Shown: piece after piece, positions 35,513 through 47,453 of the stretch
How positions within the stretch are numbered: position 1 is the stretch's first letter
How the letters are laid out: each line of letters starts with the position of its first letter
DNA from: Tubulanus polymorphus
Taxonomy: Eukaryota; Animalia; Nemertea
Assembly: GCF_964204645.1 (NCBI RefSeq)
Contig: NC_134028.1
Coordinates: 10,044,001 to 10,108,000, forward strand
Reading direction: 5' to 3'
Length of the DNA stretch: 64,000 bases
Made by a program: the position numbers and the translations under genes
The notes under the pieces: model-generated
What the model saw: only the letters and a program-made list of their open reading frames with translations
What the model was told of the DNA's origin: nothing
The model's database searches: none

Positions 35513-35960
35513 TTTTGGTTTTGTCACCCGCGACAATTCAATATTTTGTTTTGCCGTCTGCAACAATTCATTATTTGGTTTTATCGCCCGCTACAATTCA
35601 ATATTTTGGTTTTAACGCCCGCGTCAATTCATATTGCGGTTTTATCGCCCGCGAAAATTCATTATTGCGGTTTTATCGCCCGCGACAATTCATTATTTTG
35701 GTTTTGTCGCACGCAACAATTCAATATTTTGTTTTGCCGTCTGCGACAATTCATTGTTTGGTTTTATCGCCCGCGACAATTCAATATTTTGGTTTTAACG
35801 CCCGCGTCAATTCATTATTGCGGTTTTATCGCCCGCGAAAATTCATTATTTTGGTTTTATCGCCCGCGACAATTCATTATTTTTGTTTTGTCGCCCGTGA
35901 CAAATCAATATTTTGGTTTTGTCACCCGCGACAATTCATAATTTTGGTTTTGTCGCCCGT
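35513..35960. repeat. 31-bp minisatellite array (~14 units)
   Basis: Same unit as 32636-34360. Confidence 0.92.
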
Positions 35961-36304
35961 GGTTTTGTCAGAACATTAAGTTTTTTGGTCGAACAGTGTG
36001 TTAAGGTCGTTTTGGAAATTTACTCGGTCTGGTATATTTTGGATTACTGTGTATGTCATTTGTCAGGACATTAAACAGAAGACGACTTAGGATACTACCT
36101 TGCGTTACTCCAATAGTTAGACCGTCTCATTCCAAGATGAGGCGTTCCGTTGATTTCGGTTACAAGTTTCCGTTCAGAGATAACTGCTGAGCCATTTGGG
36201 TGACCTATCATTGATACTGTTTCCTAATAGCCTGTTTAGTAATGGCTGATGCTGAGCCTTATCAAATGCTTTGTTGAAATCCACCGTTGGACATGATTCT
36301 AAGA

Positions 36305-37290
36305 CTGTGCAGAAAACCCGTTATCGCTGCTTTGCAGCTATATTCATTATTATTTTCTTCCACACTATTTTTACTAAAAGAACAAAGGCTTTGTTACCTT
36401 GACGCTGTTGTCGATACAATCCATCTGATATCATTCAGCTCACTTCGATCTACAAATACCCCGTGCGTATTTCGAAGAATCATCGTTACAAAAGCACTGT
36501 CGGACCGTAAACATCGAAAATTGAGCCCCATTCAAAGAGCCGACATGTTTTTCTAAGTCCTCTTTCCGAAATCTACCGCACGTTTCTTGTCACATCAATT
36601 ATCAATTCAAGCATAAATTAACAAATTTATTACCCAAAGATTGCCCATTCTGTCGCGGTTTTTAAAAACTAATTTTAACAATAGCCCATTTTCCTCATCA
36701 AATCGTATTACCGATATACAGGAAATTTACTACTTTAGATTTTAAAAGCACTGTCGAGCCGTAAACATCGACGAATCGACGTGTGTCACTACATCGTCGT
36801 TCGGGGGGATCAGCTGCGAGTTTCACCTCATGGGAATCAAATCGAGTACAAATTAATTTATTACTACCAGTGATTTGGCTGCGGGCGTCATGCAGTTAGT
36901 TTAGCAATACCTATTTTTCTTTATCAAATTAACCGTGTATTTACTAAGATAAATAATAAGTGTACCGGGGAGTCGTAGACCTAAACGAAACACGCCGAAG
37001 AGATATAGCGGAGAAAAGCTGTTATGTCGACGAGGTATCAAAATAAAAGAATATATTACTTTATTTGGCCGCGGGCTTCAACCTCTATATCAATACCATC
37101 AATACTCTATATTTCCTACAGTACATACCGATCATTGTCAAATGCACAAGGTATTTACTAAATACAAGTATATAACACAATCCTTTCCGTATGCTGGACT
37201 CACACTTGACATTCGGAGTAAGCGTTCGCTGTGGGGGAAAGGGATCGTTCGCTGTGTCGCTTCATTGAAGTGTTTATCGAGTTTGACGCG
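36305..37290 (+). repeat. Second copy of the host repeat at 31531-32560
   Basis: Collinear high identity, e.g. TATTTTCTTCCACACTATTTTTAC...GAAGTGTTTATCGAGTTT. Confidence 0.85.
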
Positions 37291-37349
37291 GCTGTAGGCC
37301 TACCGGTACTGAGCTTTACTGTCTCAAACGAACACAGTATAATTGTTGC

Positions 37350-37429
37350 AGTAATTGGAAAAGTGGGCTTTCATACCAGAGGGCGAGACACCACTCATCA
37401 CCAAGTAATTTGTTTTCCTTATAAATGGG
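37350..37429 (+). repeat. Left TIR of copy C (80 bp)
   Basis: AGTAATTGGAAAAGTGGGCTTTCATACCAGAGGGCGAGACACC...TATAAATGGG. Confidence 0.95.
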
Positions 37430-40400
37430 GGAGAATGAACACCAACCAGAAAACAATAATGTCAATAAAAATCAATATTATTGTCAATATTGTAAAAAAT
37501 ACATCGATACATCTCATAAAACACGACATGAAAAATCTGCAAATCATATAAAAAATGTAATAGATTTTGAAACTCCAGAAAATTCCAATGAAAGAAAAGA
37601 ACGATTAGAAAATATGAATGTGGATGAAATAAAATGTGAAGTTTGTAATGAATTTATAGTAAAAAGGAATTATAATAGACATCTCGAATCACAAAACATT
37701 ATAAAAATTTAAATAAAAATGTTTTAGGATTAGAATATTTTGATAATAAACCTCAACAAGTAAAAGAATCAACTTCAAAAACTAAATCCATTTCAAATAA
37801 ACCTTACACGGAAAATGTTAGAAATTATATTGATTCACTAGAAATAAAAGATACAATTGAAATTTTAGAAACATTACATAGTAAAATTGGTCCTGCAGCT
37901 ATTATATTTAGATTTTTTAAAGGTACAACAATAGAAGATTATAGTAAATTTAATGAAATAATAGAAAAAATACTTGATTTGATAACAGATGTTGAATATC
38001 CAAAAATTAGTATCTCTGGGAAAGTAAGTTTTATAAAGTCAGAAGAAAAAATGAATTATAATATTCAAACACTCTCTGAAGAAATAATTTCAAAAACACA
38101 AATAAAAGAGAAGTTAGAAAAAATATTTAATGAATTTAAACGTCATATTGAAGAAAGATATTTTGAGGGTTCTGGCTTAAAATTGAATGAAATTATATAT
38201 TTAGATTTAAATGTTTATAATACAAAAAGAAATAAAACATCAAAAAGTAATAAAATGTTTAAAAATGATTCAAACTTTACAACAGAAAAGGATATTAAAG
38301 CATCATCTTATATTAAATTACCATTTACAACAAAAGCAGTAATAAATATTCAAAATGAAGATAATAAATGTTTTCTATGGTCAATTATTAGTTGTTTACA
38401 CCAAACAGAAGATATGACGCATAGTTTTAGAATAACAAATTACCGGAAATATGAAACATTATATAAAATTGATCAATATCCAGTAACTATAAAAATGATT
38501 CCTAAAATAGAAAAAGTTAATAATTTAAAAATAAATGTATTCGAATTAATGCAATTACCAAAGACAAAAGGTGAAAATATTAAAGATTATACATTGGAAG
38601 CTTTATATTTAACAGAATATTATGATGATGAAAATGCTATAGATTTGTTATATTACAAAAAAGATGAAAATGAACATTATATGTGGTTAAAACAAATTGA
38701 TTTATTCTTTAGAACAGAAAGTGATCATCATCATAAAATTTATCTATGTAGAAAATGTTTATCTAAATTTATGACTGGGAATACATTACTAAAACATAAA
38801 GAATTATGTGATAATAAAGATTTTTGTAAATTAATAATGCCAACAGAAAAAGATTATAAATTGAAATTTACTAATCATAAATTTAAAAATATTGTTCCAT
38901 TTGTAATTTATGGGGATTTTGAATCGTTGAATAAAGAATTAACTGATCAAGATAGAAAAGAAATATATAACAAAAAGCAATTATTAAAATCAATGGATAA
39001 AGGAAGTGAATTAAATGAAGATATAATTCAAGACCCAACAATTATAAATACAATTAAAAAAGTTCATCAAAGAGCTGCTGCTTATGGAATTTATATAAAA
39101 TCAAATTATCCCGAATTATATGAAAGTCAATATATTTCTTTTAGAGGTGAAAATGTAGTTAATGATTTTTGTGATAAAATGATTGAATTAGAAAGTGATT
39201 CTGTAAAATTATTAAACAAAAATAAAAGAATAGTTATGACAAAAGAAGATGAAATTGATTTTAATTATGCAACATATTGTTGTTATTGTGAAAAACGTTT
39301 TTATTCATTTGATAAAAGAGTTAGAGATCATGATCATTTAAATTCAAAATATCGTGGAGCTGCTCATGAAGATTGCAATTTACAAGCTAAAAAAGTAAAT
39401 TTCGTACCAATATTATTTCATAATTTATCAGGATATGATACCCATCTATTTATAAAACAATTATCGGGAAAATTGGATGCAATTAATCAAGAAATAGAAG
39501 AATATAATGCTATGAATGAAGCAAATGTAAGAAAATATGATTTTAAACTATCAGCTAAAACATCTGAAAATTATATTTCATTTCAATTTGGTTGCATTAG
39601 ATTTTTAGATTCTTATAGATTTCTAGCAAATTCATTAGATATTTTATCAAAAAGTTTAGTTGATAATGATTTTGTTATAACTCGATATTATTATCCAAAT
39701 GACCAAGATTTTAAATTATTGAGATATAAAGGCGCAATACCTTACTCATTTTATAAAACGCATGATGATTTCAAAGAAACAAAATTATTAAAAGATCAAT
39801 TTTATGATAAATTAAAAGAGGAGTATGTGAAAGATGAAGTGTTTAATAGAACATAAATATTTTAAATATTTGGAACCATTTTAAGATGAAAAATCATGGT
39901 GAATTAGTTGATTTATATTTAAAATCAGATGTTATGATATTGGCTGATATATTTGAAAAATTTAGAGAAGTTAATTTGAATCATTTTAATGTTGATCCTT
40001 GTTATTGCTACTCTAGTCCTGGTTTAACCTGGCAATGTGGTTTAAAATATACAAATGTAGAATTAGATTTATTAAAAGAACCAGATATGGTTTTATTATT
40101 TGAAAAATCAATTAGAGGTGGAATTAGTGGTGTTATGGGAGATAGGTATTTTAAAGCAAATGATGAATATAAATTATTATATATTGACGCCAATAATTTA
40201 TATGGTTGGGCAATGATGCAACCTCAACCACATAAAAATTTTATATTAACAGACGTTGAAAATGGTGATAAAACTGATTGGGAAAGCGCAATTGCGAGTT
40301 TAAAAGATGAAGCACCAATTGGTTATTTCTTTGTAGTTGATTTAGAATATCCTGAAAATATAAAGTTTAAAACAAGAAACTTACCTTATTGCCCAAAACA

Positions 40401-42501
40401 TTTAACTGTAGATGATAGTTATTTAAGTGAATACCAGAAGAAAATAAAACCGAAAGATCATGTTTTTACAGAAAAATTAATACTTACTCAAAATAATAAA
40501 TACAATTATATTGTTCATTATAGAATGTTAAAATTTTATCTAAAACAAGGAATGAAATTAAAGAAAGTACATAGATATATTGAATTTAATCAATCGAAGT
40601 GGTTAGAAAAATATATAGATTTCAATACTCAACAGAGAACCATATCAAAAACAGATTTTGAAAAAGATTTTTTCAAATTGATGAACAATAGTTTTTATGG
40701 AAAAACATGTGAAAATATTAGAAATAGAAATGATATTGAATTAGTAAATAATTCTGAAAGATTAAGACATTTACAATCAAGTCCTAGACATTTAGGAAAT
40801 AAAAGGTTTGAAGATTATTTAACCACGGTAAAATTAAAAAGAACGTCCATGAAATTTAATAAACCAATATTTATAGGTTCAACTGTTTTAGAAATATCAA
40901 AATTATTAATGTATGATTTTTATTATAATGTTTTGCAACCACTTTTTGGGGAAAAGCATATTGAAATATTATATTTTGATTCTGTAACAGCTGACACCCC
41001 AATATTATTAAAATGTAATAATAAAATATTGGTAAGAAGAATTTCAGAAATAATTCCAAAACAAAATGAACTTTATATTTCATATGGTGAAAAAGAATTA
41101 ATACAAATAAATGGTTTAATAGATGTTTGGACAAGAAATGGATGGAAAAAATTAAAGAATATTATTAGACATAAAACAAATAAGAAAATCTATAGAGTTA
41201 GAACTAAATTAGGATTTGTAGATGTTACAGAAGATCATAGTTTAATTAAACGAAATGGTGATGAAATAAAACCAACTTATATAAAAATTGGAGATGAATT
41301 ATTACATAAAAGATTTTTCCAAAGAATGAATCATATGTCATTTGATGAAATAATTGATAATATTTATAATATAGAACCCGAAACATTAGAACAAAAAGAA
41401 TATTTTATCAAAGGATTTTTCATGGGCGATGGTTCAGCAGGTGTGTATAATTATGTTTGGGGTAATAAATATTGTTGGTATTTATGCAATCAAGACTTAA
41501 AATTATTAGAAAGAATTAAGAAATTCTGTAAAGAAGTTTATCCAAATAAAACATTTAGAATCATGGATGTTATGAAATCAACAGCAGTTTATAGAATACT
41601 TGTAAATAATCCTAAAGATTTTGCTATGAAATATAATGATGAATTCTATATTCATGCAATAGTGAAAAGTAATACTTCAACTAAAGAAAGAATAGTACCA
41701 GATTATGTATTAAATACAAAAAATAATTTAAGAAAGTGGTTCTTCATTGGATTCTATGCCGCAGATGGTTCAAAAAGTTTCCAAAACCGCAAAACAATAT
41801 CCTTTGCTCAAAAAGGAAAAGTTGCTATATCAGGATTGAATATATTATGTAGTTCATTAGGATTTAATATGAATATAGAATTAATTAAATCTAAACCAAA
41901 TTGTTTTAATTTAAGGCATGTAGAAAATGAGTTAACAGAAGAAGTTAAAGATTTATTTGAAATATATAACCCAACTGACTATGTTTATGATTTATCAACA
42001 GATGATGGAACATTCAATTCTGGGTTCCCATTAATCCAAAAAAATACCGACAGTTACATACTAAAAATCAAGACAAATGATATAACAAAAGACTTAAAAA
42101 CATTAAAACATTATTTTGATTTCAGCAATTACCCCAAAGATCATGAACTATTTAGCAATGATAATAAAAAGATTCCTGGTAAGTTTAAAGATGAATTAGG
42201 AGGTGATGAAATGATTGAATTTGTTGGGATAAGAAGTAAAATGTATAGTTACAGAACAAAAGATCATGAAGCTAAAAAGTTAAAAGGAATAACAAAACAT
42301 GTGGTTGATAAACATATAGAATTTCAAGATTATATAAAGTGTTTATATAACTCAATTGTAATGAAACACAAAATGAATTGTTTAAGATCAGAAGATCACG
42401 AGATGTACATTAATGAAGTTGAAAAAACTAGTTTAAATCCATTTGATGATAAAAGGCATATTTCAGATGATGGTATAAAAACATTACCTTATGGCTATTA
42501 A
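37425..42501 (+). pseudogene. polB: pPolB: N-terminal Zn fingers, OTU-like region, exonuclease with EndoVII-like HNH insert, polymerase with intein; two frameshifts
   Basis: C2H2-like fingers; DNKCFLWSI...EHYMW; YGDFES; VRDHDH...GAAHEDCN; FHNLSGYD; YIDANNLYG; KLMNNSFYGK; YFD/TDS; shifts at ~37700 and ~39855. Confidence 0.94.
40981..42045 (+). mobile_element. Intein (355 aa) with intact LAGLIDADG homing endonuclease, inserted in pPolB motif C
   Basis: Block A SVTADTPIL; block B VTEDHSL; LAGLIDADG motifs FIKGFFMGDGS and FFIGFYAADGS; block F YVYDLST; block G IQKN followed by Thr; removal restores YFDTDS. Confidence 0.95.
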
Positions 42502-43799
42502 AACATAAAATCAATATCATCAAACTCGAAATCACTATTGTCTTCTTCATTTTCATTTAATTGTTTAGGTTCTTCTTCTATTCCATTTTTTTCATTTAAA
42601 TAAAGTTCTATCTTGTTCCACATTTCATCTCGCTCTCTTTGTTTCTTTTTGTTTGTTAATTCATCAAATGGAATTATAATATCTAGGTTTAAATAATTTA
42701 CAATCTTATTTAAAAAGAATTCATAATATATTGAATCTGTTATTCTATTTTCTAAATGATATATTAATATTTGTTTGAATATTTTTTTTATATTTTCTAT
42801 ATCTTCTTCTGTTAATTTAGGTTTTTCATAATAATCGTTAAATAATAAATATAAATACATTTTCTTTTCTTTTGTGTTGAATGTTGACGGAATAATTGTA
42901 TTTATAATATCTTTTTTAGTTATTTCACCATTTTCATTTTCTATTATTTTCATTTCTTCAAGCCATTGCATATATTCTAATGTATGATCTTCCATAGAAA
43001 ATATCTTAAAAATTTCATCAAGATAATTTAATTTTGGTTCTATGAGAAAATCTCTAGTTTTTTCTTCGCCCCATAAATTCCTTTGCCATCCACAATCAAC
43101 ACAAAATAACACAGGACCTTCTTGTCTTAAGGTCGTATAATAACATTGTGGGCATTTTTGTTTATAAATTATTGGTAATAGATCTTCATTAAGCTCTTGG
43201 TATTTTCTTACGTTTTCTTTATGTTTTATTGTTCTATCATGTAGATTTGAATTACTTGCTGTAATAATCAATTTACAATATTTACAATAATATGTTTTTC
43301 TTGTTAATTCATTATATTGTTTTTCTAAATTTTCAACTGTTTCTTCATTATCTGGTAACGTTTTCTCATATTTTATTTTTTCTAATAAATTATTTTTTCT
43401 TGCATTGAATTCGGTTTCAAATTTATTAGAAATTTTATCTATATGTGCTTTACGAAATTGATGATTCTCCCAATCTTCTATATTTTCAGGGCTATATTTT
43501 ATTCGACAAGGCTCACAGAAATGATCTTTTATATTATCCTTGTCATAGAATAAGAAAGGTCTTTTCCAAATAATTTCAGGTTCAACTTCAACAGAATTAT
43601 TATCAACATTAGCCATTGCGCCATTAATTCTACACTTCTCTGAATGTTTTTTAACATAATTTCTTGAGAATGATTTATTACATTTTGGACAGTTCATTCT
43701 GGGGGGTTTATAATTTTCTTCATGTTTTTTCATATGTCGAGCCATATTACTTTTTCTGATAAGTTCACCACAAATTTCACAAGCTATCTTCTCATCCAT
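42498..43799 (-). CDS. Multi zinc-finger protein with acidic C-terminus, possible regulator
   Basis: CEIC..H..H, CPKC, CEPC..H, CKYC..H, CPQC..CVDC; acidic tail EEDNSDFEFDDIDF. Confidence 0.8.
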   Translation of the reverse strand: MDEKIACEICGELIRKSNMARHMKKHEENYKPPRMNCPKCNKSFSRNYVKKHSEKCRINGAMANVDNNSVEVEPEIIWKRPFLFYDKDNIKDHFCEPCRIKYSPENIEDWENHQFRKAHIDKISNKFETEFNARKNNLLEKIKYEKTLPDNEETVENLEKQYNELTRKTYYCKYCKLIITASNSNLHDRTIKHKENVRKYQELNEDLLPIIYKQKCPQCYYTTLRQEGPVLFCVDCGWQRNLWGEEKTRDFLIEPKLNYLDEIFKIFSMEDHTLEYMQWLEEMKIIENENGEITKKDIINTIIPSTFNTKEKKMYLYLLFNDYYEKPKLTEEDIENIKKIFKQILIYHLENRITDSIYYEFFLNKIVNYLNLDIIIPFDELTNKKKQRERDEMWNKIELYLNEKNGIEEEPKQLNENEEDNSDFEFDDIDFMF

Positions 43800-43867
43800 T
43801 TATTAAGGAAAAATTTTATTAAAATTAATTTTTAGTGATGAGCGGTAATTTTTTTATGTTATAAATA

Positions 43868-44620
43868 ATGGTAGAATTAAAAGAATACAGAATATTTGTT
43901 GATTCAAGAAAACTTACAAATTATAAATCTCATAATTTATTAGTACAATTAGATAGAGAATTTAAGAATTGTGTAGATTTAAAATTAGTAAATATAAGTT
44001 TATGTAACTCATTTTATAATATAACGGCTAAAAGTCTTGAACATTAATTTTTTTCAATCAGGAGTAAGAATAAATGGAATTATCTATTTTTAAAACCAGG
44101 ATTATATAATTTAGATACATTAGCGCAGGAAATTAATAAAAAAGCTCGGATCAAATTAGGTAGTGATGCTGAATTTAACATTAGATTTTTGAAAAGTGAT
44201 AATTCTAATAAAATGAAGATAAGGTTAGCTCATAATGAAAAATATCAATTTTCAGTTAAAAAACCTATAGCTAAACTATTAGGAATTACACCAGATAAAT
44301 TTTATTCAAATGTTGATACTACGCCAAATATAATACCTTTTACGCACTTCTATATTTATTGCAATTTAATCGATCCTATAAAAACATTTGAAGCAACTAA
44401 AGATACAACATGTAATTCTAGTATATTAAATATTTTACCAATGAAGAACGTTAAACAATTTGGAACGCAAATAAATTATAATTTAGCTGAATGTGATTTC
44501 AAACCTTGTATTCCTCAATTTAATAATTTTAAATTAGAAATAAGAAATCATAATGGATACTTAATTGATTTGAATAACTTTCCTGTAATTTATGAATTAG
44601 TTATAAGATGTAAAGAGTAA
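43868..44620 (+). pseudogene. Putative minor capsid (penton, single jelly-roll) protein; in-frame TAA at 44045
   Basis: IFVDSR, PGLYN, FYIYCNLI, EIRNHNGYLIDLNN..YEL motifs resemble Polinton/virophage mCP; ~250 aa. Confidence 0.65.
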
Positions 44621-44636
44621 TTTTTCGCCTATATAA

Positions 44637-44990
44637 ATGAATATAACTGTTGGACCGAGTATATGTTTTGGGTTTGATTTTAAACGTGAGAAAGAAATAA
44701 AATTTAACATGAATGATGTAATTACACATATCAAAAATATTGCATTTTCTAATGAAACAACATTTGAGTATGAAACAACAATAGATAAAGAAACTTTTAA
44801 TGCAGAAAAGATTACTAATTTAATTAGAGAATCTTTAAGATTTTATGAATTAGATGAAGATTTTATCATCGATGATATTAAAAAAATAATAATTGAAATA
44901 TACACAAATGAAACTAGTAATAAAATAAATGTTGAATTAATCATCACTAAGATAACAAAATATTTTAAAGATAGTAATTTTTTTGATTAA
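44637..44990 (+). CDS. Conserved 117-aa protein
   Basis: Intact in three copies. Confidence 0.78.
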   Translation: MNITVGPSICFGFDFKREKEIKFNMNDVITHIKNIAFSNETTFEYETTIDKETFNAEKITNLIRESLRFYELDEDFIIDDIKKIIIEIYTNETSNKINVELIITKITKYFKDSNFFD

Positions 44991-44993
44991 TAA

Positions 44994-45215
44994 ATGAGTG
45001 ATAATAAGTGGATAATAACTGGATTATATAATGGCGCATTACTATCAGTTGGAACTGTTGGTTATTCAATGGTATTAAAAAAAGTATTCAAAATGGGAAG
45101 TGTTAATGTTGATAGATTTGATATAAATGATATTTTAAAGTTAACATTAGCAGTTACTTTATCTAATTTAACAATTGATTATTTGGAAAAACAAAAATAT
45201 ATTCCTCCCATATAA
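44994..45215 (+). CDS. 73-aa hydrophobic, probable membrane protein
   Basis: Two hydrophobic segments; conserved in D (62309). Confidence 0.75.
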   Translation: MSDNKWIITGLYNGALLSVGTVGYSMVLKKVFKMGSVNVDRFDINDILKLTLAVTLSNLTIDYLEKQKYIPPI

Positions 45216-45242
45216 GAAGTGTGTAATTTTTTTGCTAAATAA

Positions 45243-45665
45243 ATGGCTTCTGCAATTATAACTATTATAGGATCGGCAATTGTTAACGCTTTAGCATTTA
45301 CTGGTGGTGGTTATTTATTTAAACATATTGATAAAAATAGTTCATTAGGAGAACAAAGAAGACATAACTTAGCGTTAGAGAAATACAATAAAGCTGCAGA
45401 AGAATATAGAGAAAAGAGACAAAACTATATGGATTACATCAATAAAGAATTATATGATCAGAAGATTTCACATAGAGATTTTCAATCAGTTGATGATGCA
45501 ATGAGTTTATATAACGCGGTAACCAATAAAGAAAAATTACATCTATACAAACCTAAATTATCAGATTATTGTACCCCAAGTAAAGAACAACAGAAATATG
45601 AAATAATATGGATTTTAGGTGGAACAGTTATTGTTATATTTGTTGCTTATAAATTTACTAATTAG
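45243..45665 (+). CDS. 140-aa protein with hydrophobic N- and C-terminal helices and an EQRRHNLALE coiled segment
   Basis: Conserved in B, C and D. Confidence 0.8.
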   Translation: MASAIITIIGSAIVNALAFTGGGYLFKHIDKNSSLGEQRRHNLALEKYNKAAEEYREKRQNYMDYINKELYDQKISHRDFQSVDDAMSLYNAVTNKEKLHLYKPKLSDYCTPSKEQQKYEIIWILGGTVIVIFVAYKFTN

Positions 45666-45684
45666 TAATTTTTTTTCTAAATAA

Positions 45685-46119
45685 ATGGAAGATAAAGTTG
45701 ATAGTATTGATATTATTCCTCATGATATAAATAAAACTAAATTAAAAACATATTTAGAAAAACAAATATTAGAATTTGAAAGTGACTTAAAGATAAAAAA
45801 GAAAAAATATTTAAAAAGTAAAATTATATATTATTTGATTATAAGTGGTTCGGTTACAATTAGTTCTGTAATAACATTTTTAGCAATATTCAGCCCATTA
45901 ACACCTTTAGCTATATCAATTGGTGTATTAGGATTAAGTTCAAGTGTTTTAACTGGTATAAGTTCAAAATTAAATATAAAAAGTAATAAAGAAAAAATTA
46001 AAACTTATATAAAAGAAATTAATAAATTAAAGAACACACTAGATTATATAATAAGTTTAAATGGTCATATAACAGTTGAAGAACAAGATAAATTATTAAA
46101 AGAATTAATAAATTATTAA
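45685..46119 (+). CDS. 144-aa two-TM protein
   Basis: IIYYLIISGSVTISSVITFLAIF / LAISIGVLGLSSSVL; conserved in D (62998). Confidence 0.8.
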   Translation: MEDKVDSIDIIPHDINKTKLKTYLEKQILEFESDLKIKKKKYLKSKIIYYLIISGSVTISSVITFLAIFSPLTPLAISIGVLGLSSSVLTGISSKLNIKSNKEKIKTYIKEINKLKNTLDYIISLNGHITVEEQDKLLKELINY

Positions 46120-46135
46120 TTTTTTAGTTATATAA

Positions 46136-47437
46136 ATGGGGTTTCCAAAAGCTTTCCAATATAATAAATCAATTAAATATAATATTCCGGCAATAGATTT
46201 TAAGAAAAATATTACATATAAAAATGTAGTTTTAAATTCATTAACTAATTTAGAAATTTATGTTAATGAATCACAGTTTTTTATTTCTAAAATGGAAAAT
46301 ATATTTAATACATATGAAGTTACTTTTACTCGAGATGAATATCATATATATAAAGTAAAATCTAATATGAAATATTGGCAGAATCAATTAAATTTTGCTG
46401 TTTATTGTGCAACAACAGGATGTGGAATAAGTTGGAATGATAATTTAAATAACTTAGATAAAAATTTGAAGTATTCTGATTTAAAATTAATTCACACAAT
46501 ATTTAGATTTCACACATATTTTCAAATCAGAATAATATTAAATGAATTAGAATGTCCTTTACCCGGGTCTAAATATTTTAAAGAATTGGATAATAATATT
46601 AATATATCCAAGTTTTATAAAATATGTAATGAATTTAATATAAATATTAATTCCGATTTCAGAGCGCATGGTAAATTGCAAGGTGTTGGTGAACAGTATG
46701 AAATAAAAAGAATTGATTATATGCATAGAATTGGAGCTTATCATAATTATAAAATTGATAATAATAATGGTTGGGTTAATTTCATTTTAGAAAATGGTGA
46801 AGGTTTTACAAAATCAGGTATACAAAGAATAAATCAATCTATTAGAATTTATTTGATATGTATTTTAGGCGCTCAAGTTGAAACAAGATCCCCAATAATT
46901 GGAAATGATAACACTTCATTCGATGCGCAGAAACAATTTAAAGTTTTATTTGAAGATTCAATTCATAATGATAAAAATAGATCGATTCCAGAAAACATTG
47001 TAAGATATCAAAATTATTTAGATAAATCTCATGTAAGACTTAATTATTGTATAGGCCCTAATCTATTAATTACTTCTAATGATTTAGTATTAAAGATGGG
47101 AAACATAATTGGTTATAATAATCTAATTAAAACTGCAACAATAAATAATTCATTTGGATTAAATGATATAAATAAAAAGATTATCACTGCTCCAAAATTA
47201 ATGGAAGGTGAAAAAAATAAAAAACATATTCAATCAACAGAAACTAAAACTAATAATATTAAATTAAATAATGATTCCAAAATAAAAGATTACAATACTA
47301 CAGAAAATAATAGAACTGATATTATTCAACATGATATAATTAAACTAAATGATGATAATAAATCCCATGAAAATACTAAATTAGCTATAACTTGTATAGG
47401 AATTGTTATAGGAGGAATATTATATTTTAAATTTTAA
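46136..47437 (+). CDS. 433-aa conserved Polinton protein with C-terminal TM anchor
   Basis: WQNQLNFAVYCATTGCGIS, RFHTYFQIR, GWVNFI; C-terminal LAITCIGIVIGGILYF. Confidence 0.82.
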   Translation: MGFPKAFQYNKSIKYNIPAIDFKKNITYKNVVLNSLTNLEIYVNESQFFISKMENIFNTYEVTFTRDEYHIYKVKSNMKYWQNQLNFAVYCATTGCGISWNDNLNNLDKNLKYSDLKLIHTIFRFHTYFQIRIILNELECPLPGSKYFKELDNNINISKFYKICNEFNININSDFRAHGKLQGVGEQYEIKRIDYMHRIGAYHNYKIDNNNGWVNFILENGEGFTKSGIQRINQSIRIYLICILGAQVETRSPIIGNDNTSFDAQKQFKVLFEDSIHNDKNRSIPENIVRYQNYLDKSHVRLNYCIGPNLLITSNDLVLKMGNIIGYNNLIKTATINNSFGLNDINKKIITAPKLMEGEKNKKHIQSTETKTNNIKLNNDSKIKDYNTTENNRTDIIQHDIIKLNDDNKSHENTKLAITCIGIVIGGILYFKF

Positions 47438-47453
47438 TTTTTTTATTATATAA

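Noticed and set aside
39290-39390. HNH/EndoVII-like motif (VRDHDH...GAAHEDCN) in pPolB as a novel insertion
   Set aside because: Known feature of this group of Polinton pPolBs; present in all three copies
39840-39890. Split pPolB as programmed frameshift or two genes
   Set aside because: Caused by a short local duplication (TAAATATT); B and D break at different positions, indicating decay
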